From Candidatus Babeliales bacterium (GTDB lineage Bacteria > Babelota > Babeliae > Babelales > JANWKD01), in assembly GCA_963722255.1 (NCBI GenBank), contig CAVRJO010000001.1, positions 576,001 through 640,000 of the forward strand: a stretch of DNA of 64,000 nucleotides, written 5' to 3'. Of the stretch, positions 19,912 to 30,090 are shown in pieces. The notes under the pieces were generated by a model. That model saw only the letters and a program-made list of their open reading frames with translations. It made no database searches and was not told where the DNA came from. How positions within the stretch are numbered: the first letter of the stretch is position 1; every line of letters starts with the position of its first letter. A program made the translations under genes and the position numbers.

Positions 19912-22900
19912 ATGATGCAAGCATTAAGAAAAAAAGGAAACAACTATTTCATACACTATTTTTTAGTGAGCTTGCTTTGCAGCTCCCAATCATTAACCAT
20001 GGAACAACAAAAAGATCCATGGCCAACCATTACTCTTGTACATAATCAATCACCAACAACCTACACACTTGGCTCTGTTTCATTCTCTATTGTAAATGGC
20101 GGCATTCGACATACGATTCCCGTATCAGAGCGGTCAGAAGAACTTTCACCAATACAACAGATTCGGCAAATCTTAATTGAAAAAGATAGAGCAGAACACA
20201 AAGAAGACGATACATTTACTGTGCTTAATTCGCGCTATATACAATTTGTAGAACAACGTGAACATATTTTGGATACCTGCATTGAATGCTTACACAATTC
20301 AACAGATGCAAAGTTACAGCTTGTAAATCTGTCATTTGATATTATGGGCGAGGAGGAACTTTCAACGCGCTTAAATAAAATATTTCACAACTATTTACAT
20401 GCATTAGTAACAACATTTTATACACCGGATGGACAACTAAAAAGAATTTTATCATACGATTATGATACTGCTGCTCGCAGAATCGGTAATCTTCTTGTAG
20501 AACTATTACGGTGGGAAGAATGCTTACCAAAAATAGAAGAATACAAAGAAGCTGAAGTTCCCGGCTTTGAAAAATTTTATGATGATGTACACAGCCCATG
20601 GGCAGATTTTAAAGGAGCATACCAGGCCGTTGCAGACAATATTAAAACACTCTTTAGAAGCAAGCAAAATTTTACAGAATTTAAACAGTGCATCATCAGC
20701 AATCCTTTTAACCAAGATCTTATTAAACTTTCACAAGCCTACAAAATATCGGATTATGCCGGAGCACGTGCTATTATAACTAAATACAGAGATAAAAAGG
20801 TTGCGCAAAAAAGAGAATCAACTGCTCTGCAAGCCATGGATCTTTCTTGCCTTGTAGATTCCTATAGCCGAGAACTTAGTCAATCGGTTCGCCCTCTAAA
20901 AAAACTTCAAGCAGTACAACAAAAGCATACAGAATCACCGCTCATACAGCAGATTAGTTTGCAAACCAAACGGTACGTCAAACGAAACGCAACCTTAGGA
21001 AGCCAAGTTGATACGGTTAAATTTCTTATTACAACATTGCATAGAATTCCACCTAAACGTTTAAAGAAAAAAGACAGCCCACTTGATAAGGAGTTTGCAC
21101 AAGTATATGACACCTTTTTTGATCAACGCGGACTTCCGGTCATCTTTGAGTATAATGAAACAGTGCTTAAAACAGTCACCATACCTCCATCAGTTGGTAA
21201 TTATGGCAACATAAAGGAACGGCTCAATCTTTATAAACTTGCATCACTCTGCATTAAACCGGAGTTCATTAATCAAAAAACATTTCATACATCAGTTGCT
21301 CATGCAATACAATATCTGTGCCATGCACTGCGCGACAAAGATCATGCACAAACGTATCATCTTTTAACAGAAGCATTATATAACGCTTTGACCAATGAAT
21401 CTAACCATGCTTTGCGAGACAGCATTGCGCACTGCAATTTTTTACCTTCAGAGCAGTATGCACATCTCGTTCATGACAGCGTGCTTGAACACGTGCGCAC
21501 TTTGCTGCAAGCATTAGATGAACCAGTATCGATGGATCAAGAGATGTTTCTGCACAATGCATTATTAGCATTAAGTCGAGTTTGGGCACAAGCACGAGAT
21601 GGATCTGATGAAGCAAAAAAACTTCTTGAAAAATCTACGCCGACAACTGCGCTTGTTGAAGAAAACTTTCTTAACCATTCACTTGATTATGAAAACGCAC
21701 TCATTACGTCACAGTATATGCAACAACGCATGAATGAATTGGGCTTCAACCGACTTCTCACCGCTAATGCATACGCCATAAGCGCACCCGCTTTAAAAAA
21801 ATATGAAGCTCGTTGCAAACTCATGGAAAAACATAATGCAGTACCAAATTTTACCACAATTACTGCCATTATGCATGATGCTTATACTCCCCGGCCCATT
21901 GTTTCATTGCTTCACGATGCGCTTGAACTATGGAATATCGGAATTGAAGCTAAATCTAAAGAAGTACGAGGAATTGCCATTACTGTAACTGAATGTGCTG
22001 AAGTTGCTTATGATTATCATCAGGAAGGTGATGAATATTACAAGGCCTATGTAAAACTAGGAAGAGGACTTTGCAAATATGGCCTCATTGTTGCAAACGT
22101 TATTGGACGGAAATTTACAAACTTAGCCCACGGGACTGCCACAGCTACTTCTCACTGTGTTATTTGGAGCATAAAATCCGCAGCGCAAACGACACAGCTC
22201 TTGCTTGATAATCTAGAAATATTTACCAACGGCATTTCAGGAAAAGGTTTTTATCTGCCACGAGATTATTTTAAACAACAAGAACTCCTTGAAAACCCTC
22301 CTGATCCTCAGCTACAACGAGAAAAAATGCACGAAGAACATGAAGCTATTCTTGCAACCCTTAATATGGTAGGCCATGGAACTCAACGGGCATTTGCCTT
22401 TGTTGCTCATCTTGCCGGCATAACGGTACCCGATAACTTACAAAAGATGAATTTCGAAACGCAGCAAGCTGTGCTTGCCTATATCGATAAATTCAATGCA
22501 TTGTCTCCTGAAGAAAAATTTGAACAAAATGTTGAATTTATCCTTGATTGGATTATATGCGATAAGGTTTTTAGTATAGGTTCACAACTCTTCAAGCTTT
22601 TGCGAATGCACATTAAAGAGTTGGCGGCATTACAAAAAATGGCGATTGCTGCTCAAGAAGTTGAATGCTGTGAATATGCCCTGGAACATCTCTATAATGC
22701 TGAGGTTGAGCTTGCAGGAATAGCAGAAAAGGAATTAATTCCAACTATTATGAAAGCTCAGGGTGTGCCAGGTAAAGCAGTTATGTCTGCAAAGGCTCCT
22801 GCAGCATCAATTCTTAAACACTTTTTGCAAGATATTGTAGACTTTGAATTAATATACGGTAAACAAGCCGTTGACGAAGTTATGCAAATTGTAAGATGGG

Positions 22901-23472
22901 ATCTTCCCGGAACTTTTAATAAAGTTTATAATTATAGAATCTTCCATAATGCACCCAAAAGCATGTCTGAATTCGTTGAAACAATGGTAAAGTATATTAT
23001 GGAAATAGATGCTCAAGGGCTAAAATCTTATAGATTCGAGAATGGCATTTGTAACCTTACAACTATCGAAGAAGCAAGAGCTGCAATAGCATGCCAAAAA
23101 CAAGGTTTGTTAAAAAATTTAATACGAGATATACGGCGAGGTATGGGTGATTTTATAGAAACCGGTATTAATCAAACGTGGGACGTAAAAACTGCTAAAT
23201 CATTCGCTTTAAATGGTGAGCCAATTTTTCAAAAAAAGCGACAAATAGAAGCTTTTATTGATTCTCTTAAATTTGAATTAACCAAGCCAACAAATGAAAA
23301 TCTTATTATAAGCATCGGAGAATTGGAAACATCGAGCCATGGACAATTATATGCTCAGTTTCAAGAAAAATTTTCAAAAGCTGAGCTACAAAGAATGCTT
23401 ATTATAGATGAATTCAATCCTTCAAATAGCAAAACAACGCAAGAATTATTAGAATTTTTAGGACATAAATAA
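19912..23472 (+). CDS. Large secreted protein, putative polymorphic toxin with C-terminal PD-(D/E)xK-like nuclease
   Basis: Signal + TME; C-terminal EEARAA...G.L..L.R....GDF......WDVK; tightly followed by an immunity-like gene and a paralogous remnant. Confidence 0.7.
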   Translation: MMQALRKKGNNYFIHYFLVSLLCSSQSLTMEQQKDPWPTITLVHNQSPTTYTLGSVSFSIVNGGIRHTIPVSERSEELSPIQQIRQILIEKDRAEHKEDDTFTVLNSRYIQFVEQREHILDTCIECLHNSTDAKLQLVNLSFDIMGEEELSTRLNKIFHNYLHALVTTFYTPDGQLKRILSYDYDTAARRIGNLLVELLRWEECLPKIEEYKEAEVPGFEKFYDDVHSPWADFKGAYQAVADNIKTLFRSKQNFTEFKQCIISNPFNQDLIKLSQAYKISDYAGARAIITKYRDKKVAQKRESTALQAMDLSCLVDSYSRELSQSVRPLKKLQAVQQKHTESPLIQQISLQTKRYVKRNATLGSQVDTVKFLITTLHRIPPKRLKKKDSPLDKEFAQVYDTFFDQRGLPVIFEYNETVLKTVTIPPSVGNYGNIKERLNLYKLASLCIKPEFINQKTFHTSVAHAIQYLCHALRDKDHAQTYHLLTEALYNALTNESNHALRDSIAHCNFLPSEQYAHLVHDSVLEHVRTLLQALDEPVSMDQEMFLHNALLALSRVWAQARDGSDEAKKLLEKSTPTTALVEENFLNHSLDYENALITSQYMQQRMNELGFNRLLTANAYAISAPALKKYEARCKLMEKHNAVPNFTTITAIMHDAYTPRPIVSLLHDALELWNIGIEAKSKEVRGIAITVTECAEVAYDYHQEGDEYYKAYVKLGRGLCKYGLIVANVIGRKFTNLAHGTATATSHCVIWSIKSAAQTTQLLLDNLEIFTNGISGKGFYLPRDYFKQQELLENPPDPQLQREKMHEEHEAILATLNMVGHGTQRAFAFVAHLAGITVPDNLQKMNFETQQAVLAYIDKFNALSPEEKFEQNVEFILDWIICDKVFSIGSQLFKLLRMHIKELAALQKMAIAAQEVECCEYALEHLYNAEVELAGIAEKELIPTIMKAQGVPGKAVMSAKAPAASILKHFLQDIVDFELIYGKQAVDEVMQIVRWDLPGTFNKVYNYRIFHNAPKSMSEFVETMVKYIMEIDAQGLKSYRFENGICNLTTIEEARAAIACQKQGLLKNLIRDIRRGMGDFIETGINQTWDVKTAKSFALNGEPIFQKKRQIEAFIDSLKFELTKPTNENLIISIGELETSSHGQLYAQFQEKFSKAELQRMLIIDEFNPSNSKTTQELLEFLGHK

Positions 23473-23481
23473 AGGGATAGA

Positions 23482-24321
23482 ATGGCTCTTACAATTAGCT
23501 GGAATAACAAGCCAATATTACAATGTGCAAATCGAGTTTTTTCGATATTTTATATGGAAATTGAAAAAGCCATTGAAAAGAAAAAATTAAACTTAAATTA
23601 TCATTTACGAGAATTAATTAAAGATTTAGATCGATGTGGAGATGGCGTTGGGCTCGATATTTATGAGTATATTTACACAAAAAAAGATCTATTACAAGTT
23701 ATAGAAATTTTAAAAGAAGCATTGAGTCATTTAAATCATTATGAACATTACAATCATCTTAAAGAATTATATGAAGCACTTATACAAGCCTATGAAACAT
23801 TTGAACCAGACCCAGAGCTTTTAAAAAGTGCTCTTGAATTCGATTTCTATATAGAGAACCCTGAAGAATTTAGCGCGGCTATAACCTATAATAGAAAATA
23901 TCTATTAGTATGTCCTGCTGAAGCATTTCATTTACTTTTTGCAACTCATTTACCCACTATATTACAAGAAAATAATATTATACCAAGCGATAATCTTAAT
24001 CAGCTTGTAGAAGATCTACAAAGAAATAGAACAGGAACCATTGATATTAACTATTATACTAATTCTAAAGAAGATGTTGCTTTTTTTGCTGATCTTATGA
24101 GAGAAGTAATAGATACAATATATAAGCAATATCCTGAAGACACCGCGTACTATGCAATATTTTATGAAAAATTCTTTAACAACTTATTAGAAACAATAGA
24201 CAATTTCCCTTATTTTACGCCAGAGGAAAGTAAGTTTACAATTTCTGAAATTTCTTATTATAAATTTAAAAAACGATTTGCCGATACAGATGCTGGAAAT
24301 AATGAGTCTATAAAACAATAG
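23482..24321 (+). CDS. Putative immunity protein with two tandem homologous domains
   Basis: 9 bp after the toxin stop; ISWNNKPILQC...L.EL.KDL...LDIYEY..TKKDL repeats as ITYNRKYLLVC...L.QL.EDL...IDINYY..SKEDV. Confidence 0.7.
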   Translation: MALTISWNNKPILQCANRVFSIFYMEIEKAIEKKKLNLNYHLRELIKDLDRCGDGVGLDIYEYIYTKKDLLQVIEILKEALSHLNHYEHYNHLKELYEALIQAYETFEPDPELLKSALEFDFYIENPEEFSAAITYNRKYLLVCPAEAFHLLFATHLPTILQENNIIPSDNLNQLVEDLQRNRTGTIDINYYTNSKEDVAFFADLMREVIDTIYKQYPEDTAYYAIFYEKFFNNLLETIDNFPYFTPEESKFTISEISYYKFKKRFADTDAGNNESIKQ

Positions 24322-24340
24322 ATCAACAAAAAAAATAAAA

Positions 24341-24559
24341 AATTGTATTATTAATAGCTCCATCATTCCTTTGATTTTAAAAGGACTAATTAAAGAAGGC
24401 TTTAACACTATAGTAACACAAATAACTGGCAACAAAACAATTTTAAAACTAACGGTTAATAATGGAAAAGTCATAAATAAAAATGGTTATCTTTGGACTA
24501 AAAAAAATCCTAAGCTAATTGGCAATGTATTTACTTATATAATGGATATTTATAAATGA
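24341..24559 (+). pseudogene. Possible orphan toxin C-terminal fragment
   Basis: Short open frame without a convincing start, ATGA-coupled to the next gene. Confidence 0.35.
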
Positions 24560-25227
24560 ATAAATTACAATTCTTAAGTTTAATAAAGAATCTCATTGAA
24601 ACAATAAAAGAAACATATTCTGAAGAAATATTACAACAAATAATAGAACATTTTAAAAAATATTTAACAATACATCCATTTGATACTGAAATATGGACGA
24701 AATTTGCATTACTATTTTTACAATTACCTAAGGATGAAATAAACGCAATGGGATGTTTGCAGAAAATACTTGAGTATGATCCTAAAAATGTTATTGCAAA
24801 AATTCTATTAGCATGTTTTGCCGATTACGCATTATATGTTGATAAACCAATTTTTGAAATAGTTTATAGCATTAAAACTACAAATCAAGAATTTTTATCA
24901 ATAATAGAAATTGAAAAGTCTTGGTATTACTCCTATACAGACCACAAAATGTATAAAAAAGTTTTACTTAGATCGATAGATTATTGCGACTCTTTCGTTT
25001 TAAACTACAAACTTTTAGGTCTGCATTATCTTTGTGAAGAAAAAGATATCAAAAAAGCACGCTATTGCTTTCAAAAAGCTTTAAACAACATACAATATGT
25101 TTATACTATGAATGAACATTATGATCCTTTAAATATTGCAGAGTTTTTTAATGAAAGATTAAAAGGCATTCATACCACTCAACCTAATTTTGAAAGCATT
25201 CAAGAGTTATTAGAGATTTGCAAATAG
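24556..25227 (+). CDS. TPR-like protein, possible orphan immunity protein
   Basis: AMGCLQKILEYDPKNVIAKILLA and YKLLGLHYL...KARYCFQKAL TPR-like helices. Confidence 0.7.
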   Translation: MNKLQFLSLIKNLIETIKETYSEEILQQIIEHFKKYLTIHPFDTEIWTKFALLFLQLPKDEINAMGCLQKILEYDPKNVIAKILLACFADYALYVDKPIFEIVYSIKTTNQEFLSIIEIEKSWYYSYTDHKMYKKVLLRSIDYCDSFVLNYKLLGLHYLCEEKDIKKARYCFQKALNNIQYVYTMNEHYDPLNIAEFFNERLKGIHTTQPNFESIQELLEICK

Positions 25228-25252
25228 ATGATGCCAAAAATATCCTATTCCT

Positions 25253-25390
25253 AATAAATTTAATCTTTCAAATAATAAATCAACACATGAACTATTAAAA
25301 CTTTTAGGATTTGAATAAAGGTATTAGCTGGTTATGGCAGTTATTATTGATTGGAATAATAAAGTAATATTACAATGCTCTAATGGTGTA
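25253..25390 (+). pseudogene. Remnant of a paralogous toxin-tip/immunity junction
   Basis: NKFNLSNNKSTHELLKLLGFE* then MAVIIDWNNKVILQCSNGV, versus DEFNPSNSKTTQELLEFLGHK* then MALTISWNNKPILQCANRV. Confidence 0.85.
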
Positions 25391-25543
25391 ATGCCAGGTT
25401 TACCGAAAATGATGTTGCTATGGCCGCTGTACGTGGAGGTTTGGCTATGTATAAAAATGAATTTCCAGATTATATTGGATATTCAGGCTAACATCAAAGT
25501 GCTTCCTAAATAAATAATTCCCAATATTAAAACTTGTTAAATA

Positions 25544-26401
25544 CTAAGAATCACTCGTTGATACCATAAAATCCTTACTATTTATTCGTTTCCTTTTTCT
25601 GCGCCTCATAATAAAGAAAATTATCATACCTATTACAATGAAAAGCCACCAATTTATTATGAACACAATAAATTTAACTAATAGAATAAACAACAACCCC
25701 CGAATTAAGGACCTTTTAGGACAATTATCTCCTTCAAAATGATCTTCATACCTAAATCCAAGATCAAAGCTCAATCCATTTAACACTGTCTCTAATTTAC
25801 TTCCAGATCCAAAGGGAACATATGAAACCTTATTTATTCTTTCACAGGCTATTATGGTTCCATAATGCCCTCTTTTTGAAGCGCTTGCTAAAACTACTTT
25901 AGTTCCATCATCATCTAAATTTTCACTTGCATAATATTCAGTATAAGTTTTATTATCTTTAGTGGGTTTTTCTAACCAATTACATTGTTGAATAATGCCA
26001 GTGTTTTTTAACATAGATCCAAGTTCTTGTAATGACTCATCGGTATTAACCTCAGGTTCATTCCTCCATGGTTTATAACCAGAATTATTATAACGCAACC
26101 ATAAAATACTCTTAAAATCTTTTGATAATATTATTGCTTCTACTTCATTTAATGATATTCCGATAAGAGATTCTATAGTATTAGAATTATCTTTATTTAA
26201 TAAAACAATATAACCTTCTGGTAATGTAAGTGTAATGTGAGATTTAGCTAAATGATAAACACCCGGCGTTACTTGCCAATTTAATTCCATTAACTTAGCG
26301 TATAACTCTTGTTCTTGATTGCTAACTTGCCCAAATGAAACAACAAATAAAGAAATGAGCAATAAAAAAAACTGTATTATATGCATATTATCTTTTCCCA
26401 T
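25544..26401 (-). CDS. DUF2167-like membrane-anchored protein
   Basis: Signal, TLTLPEGY, Y.NSGY, WLEKP, F.LGFRYED...GD, C-terminal TM with basic tail. Confidence 0.65.
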   Translation of the reverse strand: MGKDNMHIIQFFLLLISLFVVSFGQVSNQEQELYAKLMELNWQVTPGVYHLAKSHITLTLPEGYIVLLNKDNSNTIESLIGISLNEVEAIILSKDFKSILWLRYNNSGYKPWRNEPEVNTDESLQELGSMLKNTGIIQQCNWLEKPTKDNKTYTEYYASENLDDDGTKVVLASASKRGHYGTIIACERINKVSYVPFGSGSKLETVLNGLSFDLGFRYEDHFEGDNCPKRSLIRGLLFILLVKFIVFIINWWLFIVIGMIIFFIMRRRKRKRINSKDFMVSTSDS

Positions 26402-26514
26402 GTATCGTAATTTTAAATGTCATCATAAAGAAGTCAGTGATTAAATTTTATAGAAACTCTTTAGGAAATAGAAAAAATTTTACTTATTTTACTCGTGAAA
26501 AAATAAAATTACTA

Positions 26515-26670
26515 GGTTCTGTTGAGTTTTTTGCGTAACCATATACAAGTTCCAACAAATGCAAGAAAAGCAGCAAAACTTCTAGCCAATTTATCAAATC
26601 GAGAAAAACTCATCTAAATTGTTTTATTTTTGAGAGAAAACACTCAACAGATATATCATCCTTTATAGAT
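26515..26670 (-). mobile_element. IS5-family transposase 3' remnant
   Basis: Reverse strand gives VECF..KIKQFR..FSRFDKLARSFAAFLAFVGTCIWLR; ends in GGTTCTGT like the TIR of the IS at 56064. Confidence 0.8.
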
Positions 26671-26848
26671 GAGTAAAAAATATCCAAATACCCCAATATA
26701 TTAATGACTAATAAATCTTTTGATCTTGACTTTGTTCCAAATATTCTTGTTTTGCATCAACTAAAATGAACAACAATATAGTGCCATTCATCCACAAGCT
26801 TATACTCGCGATAAATGGCACTATATCTTTTGTGTTACAAACTATTTT

Positions 26849-27751
26849 TTACCATTTTTTTTTCTTTTTTGAAGCAGGCTCTGCAGTACAAAAATCATTT
26901 AATGCCAACAAAAATTTTTTTATACCACCTTTTTTACTAAAAGCAGGTATGCTTCTAATATCAAATGCAAGACATGGATGCCTTGATCCTATATGGGAAG
27001 GAAGGCCATCTAAAGTCATCTTTACATCACAATCAGAAAGAGGGCAGATGTTTTTTAAGGATCCACAGTAGTTAAATTTTGAGGGCTTCAAAGCATATGA
27101 TTCAACAATAAATTTTATACGTTCATCTAATGGATCTACATTTTCCTGTTTCAAATTTTTTGAAACTTCTTTTCTTTTTTTTGATGGTCGATTATCTTCT
27201 GAACCACTTGTAGTTTCTTTTTCCTCTGAATCTGAAGAAAGAGCAGCTCCATTTAAACCATTTGAAAAACCATGAGACGTTACCAATACATTATCTTCAT
27301 CTGCATGAGTAATATCCTCTATAATTTTTAAAAAAACACCAGGTAAGATGGACACGAATGCGATAACAACTCTTTTGCTTATCTTTTCCTTATTTGCTTC
27401 AAGCAGATCTTGTACCTCTGATAATGAACTTTCACCACGGTAACCACCGGTTTTGAACTTCTCAAGAGCTGCAGTATACTCTTGCTCAAGCGAAGTTTCT
27501 TTGCAATCTTTCTCTTCATCAGAACCGGCAGTTAAATAGTCTATTGAATCTTGATATAAATTAAATATTCCCGGATGTTGCTGACTTAATATTTCATAAC
27601 TATTTCCTGAATCAATAAGAGCCTGAACAGTCTCTTTAGCTGATCTTTCAGCTACCTGAAGCATAAGATTTTTGCTTGCCTTTTTTTCCATAGAATTTAA
27701 AGCATTTATCATACCTAAAGATAGTATGATGATACTTATTATTTTGCGCAT
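26849..27751 (-). CDS. Secreted protein with NLS-like motifs and C2H2-like zinc finger
   Basis: Signal + SME; RPSKKRK; C-x4-C-x11-H-x4-H; C-terminal KKKKKW. Confidence 0.7.
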   Translation of the reverse strand: MRKIISIIILSLGMINALNSMEKKASKNLMLQVAERSAKETVQALIDSGNSYEILSQQHPGIFNLYQDSIDYLTAGSDEEKDCKETSLEQEYTAALEKFKTGGYRGESSLSEVQDLLEANKEKISKRVVIAFVSILPGVFLKIIEDITHADEDNVLVTSHGFSNGLNGAALSSDSEEKETTSGSEDNRPSKKRKEVSKNLKQENVDPLDERIKFIVESYALKPSKFNYCGSLKNICPLSDCDVKMTLDGLPSHIGSRHPCLAFDIRSIPAFSKKGGIKKFLLALNDFCTAEPASKKKKKW

Positions 27752-27866
27752 AATTCACCATCTGAAAAATATTTTTAACATACTATAATTACAAAGCAAT
27801 CATATTATATAGTAAAATCTCATTCAGTAAAGAATTAAGGTGTGCAAAAAAAATCTACAGTGTTAC

Positions 27867-28562
27867 TTAATCATTATTGCGTCGGCCAACCAAGCGCAAG
27901 ATCATTAAAAATAAGTTAATAAAGTCAAGATACAAAGTTAAAGCACCCAAGACTGCAATCTTATTATCCATCTCATTTTGTTCAACGAGCATTTCCGATA
28001 ATCGTTTTATTTTTTGAACATCATAAGCACTTAAGACACTAAAAATAATGACGCCAACGATGGTTAGAATATAGTCAAGTGGGCCATTGCCAAAAAACAT
28101 ATTTGCAATAAAGCCAATAATCAACCCAAATAGACCCATAAGTGCATAATTACCTACGCTTGTAAGATCAGATTTGGTCGTATACCCATACAAAGCCAAA
28201 CAAGCAAACATGCCACTGGTTACAAAAAATGCAGTGTATAATGAACTTTGCGTATAGGCTAATACAATGGTAGAAAAAGTTACACCCGTGAGAGCTGAAT
28301 AGAGAAAAAATAAAAAGAGTGCCATACGAAAACTTAATTTATAGAGTGCTGCTGAAAGCGTAATCACCAGCGCTAATTGAGCGATAAAAAATCCCAAAAC
28401 AATCCATCGATTAGTAAATAATGTATGCATGATTGCAGGTTGATGAGAAACATAATAGGCAATCAAAGCAGTTATGCACAGCGCTATTGCCATAAATCCA
28501 TACACTCTATACAATAAATTTTTTGCACGTGTATCATAAGAATGTGAATCAGTATATACCAT
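27867..28562 (-). CDS. Bax inhibitor-1/YccA family membrane protein
   Basis: 7 TM; YGYTTKSDL, AYDVQKIK, GALTLYLDFINLF. Confidence 0.95.
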   Translation of the reverse strand: MVYTDSHSYDTRAKNLLYRVYGFMAIALCITALIAYYVSHQPAIMHTLFTNRWIVLGFFIAQLALVITLSAALYKLSFRMALFLFFLYSALTGVTFSTIVLAYTQSSLYTAFFVTSGMFACLALYGYTTKSDLTSVGNYALMGLFGLIIGFIANMFFGNGPLDYILTIVGVIIFSVLSAYDVQKIKRLSEMLVEQNEMDNKIAVLGALTLYLDFINLFLMILRLVGRRNND

Positions 28563-28710
28563 GAAAATCCTTTATAATTTTTTATACCCTATATCTTTTG
28601 CCATTTTACTCTAGTTGTTTATACCATTGCAATACCTGGCTCTAATCAATTTTACATAGGATTCGCATTATTGTATGTTTCAATTAGGCTTGCAGTTTAT
28701 TCATTATCTT

Positions 28711-29909
28711 TTAATACTCAATGCCGCTTCTTCTATTTTCTCGAGCTGTTAGAAACCATTTTGGATTAAGCATAAAAATAATTGGTAATGCTATCATAAG
28801 AATACCTCCACCTATACCTCCTATCAAAATATATTCCCTATTTTCTGTGCTATCTAATTGTTTCAACAAAACCACCAAGGCACCAAAAATACAGAAAGTA
28901 GTTATTGTTATTATTGGATGGAAGTGTCCTTTATCTTGAATTTGATCAGTTTTTCCATTGAACTAAACAAAGGCAATGGAAAAGCTCGATCTAGTCTTTC
29001 TTGTGATTGCAGCGCTAGCCTATTTCCTTTTAAATTCATATATACTCCTTTGCGTGCAACAAAAGAGGATATTTCTTTTATTCTATTATTTTCAAGATCA
29101 AAAATAAAATTTTCAGACAACTCATCTATCATTGTTATTTTCTTAATTTTATTATTACGCGCCTTAAGAACTTTGAGCTTAGGAAAAAATCGCGATACTA
29201 ATTTTTTAAGATTAAGTTTTTTTAAACAATTGTTATTTAACTTTATCTTTATGATGGGTTCGTTGCTTAGTAAGGTTGAAAGTGCTTTAATCCCTTTAAG
29301 GCTATCAAGTTTTCGATGTGCTAGATTAAGGCACAATTCATTAGTTTCTTGTTCATCCTTGCAAATTTTTTTTAGATATGCATTTTTATTTGAAGCTACA
29401 AAATAGCCGTCATTAATAAAGCTTTGTACAGAATTAAGATAAAGCATTTCAGCAACTGCCACATTTTGATTATCTTTGGCCACTTTTTTATGGATTAAAA
29501 ATGTCAATTGACGCAAAACATCTTGAGGAGCTCCTAATAAATCCGCTGCATTAAAAATATCTTGAATAGCATTATCATTTTGGTATCGCAAAACATCTTC
29601 AATACATTCAAAAACTTTGTATAAAATGCTCGCATGCAAATAAGCATTATCGTGTAAAGACAAACTTGGATCTTTAAAACATTTAAAACTCAAGTCACAT
29701 GTTGCCTCATCCTCAACGTGCGGTTCAGCAAGGGATTTACGAATCAAGCTACAATTCAAAGCTAAAGATTTTTGTACAGAAAAAAGATTGCCAAAACCAT
29801 CTTCAATCACTAAATATGGTCGCTCACTTAATTCCATTGGGATAACATAGTTTGAAATAATCATCAAAGCGTAGAAAACCATCCATCGATTTATAAAAAT
29901 CAAATTCAT
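28711..29909 (-). CDS. Skp1/BTB-like + LRR secreted protein; C-terminal 2-TM tail in a shifted frame
   Basis: IEDGFGNLFSV.K.LA..CSLI...IFNAADLLG; L.L.NN.L / L..NRI / L.GN.L LRRs; ORF stops at 28911 but another frame continues HPIITITTFCIFGALVVLL...ILIGGIGGGILMIALPIIFML to 28711. Confidence 0.7.
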
Positions 29910-30090
29910 TAGCTCACTCCTCATACATCCTTCTGCTCTAAATTTTAGTGCATTCATCTATAAAGTTCAATATCTTGCTACACAGACCTTTAAGCACTGA
30001 TATTCTCTTATTTTCACGTAACCTTGCAGTTTATTAATGAATTTTAGTAGATCTAAAGATATAATTATTAGTTTTTGCAAGGAGAAATGT

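Noticed and set aside
28721..29406. Plus-strand ORFs 28721..28939 and 28858..29406
   Set aside because: Antisense to the Skp1-LRR gene and its shifted tail; no recognisable motifs.
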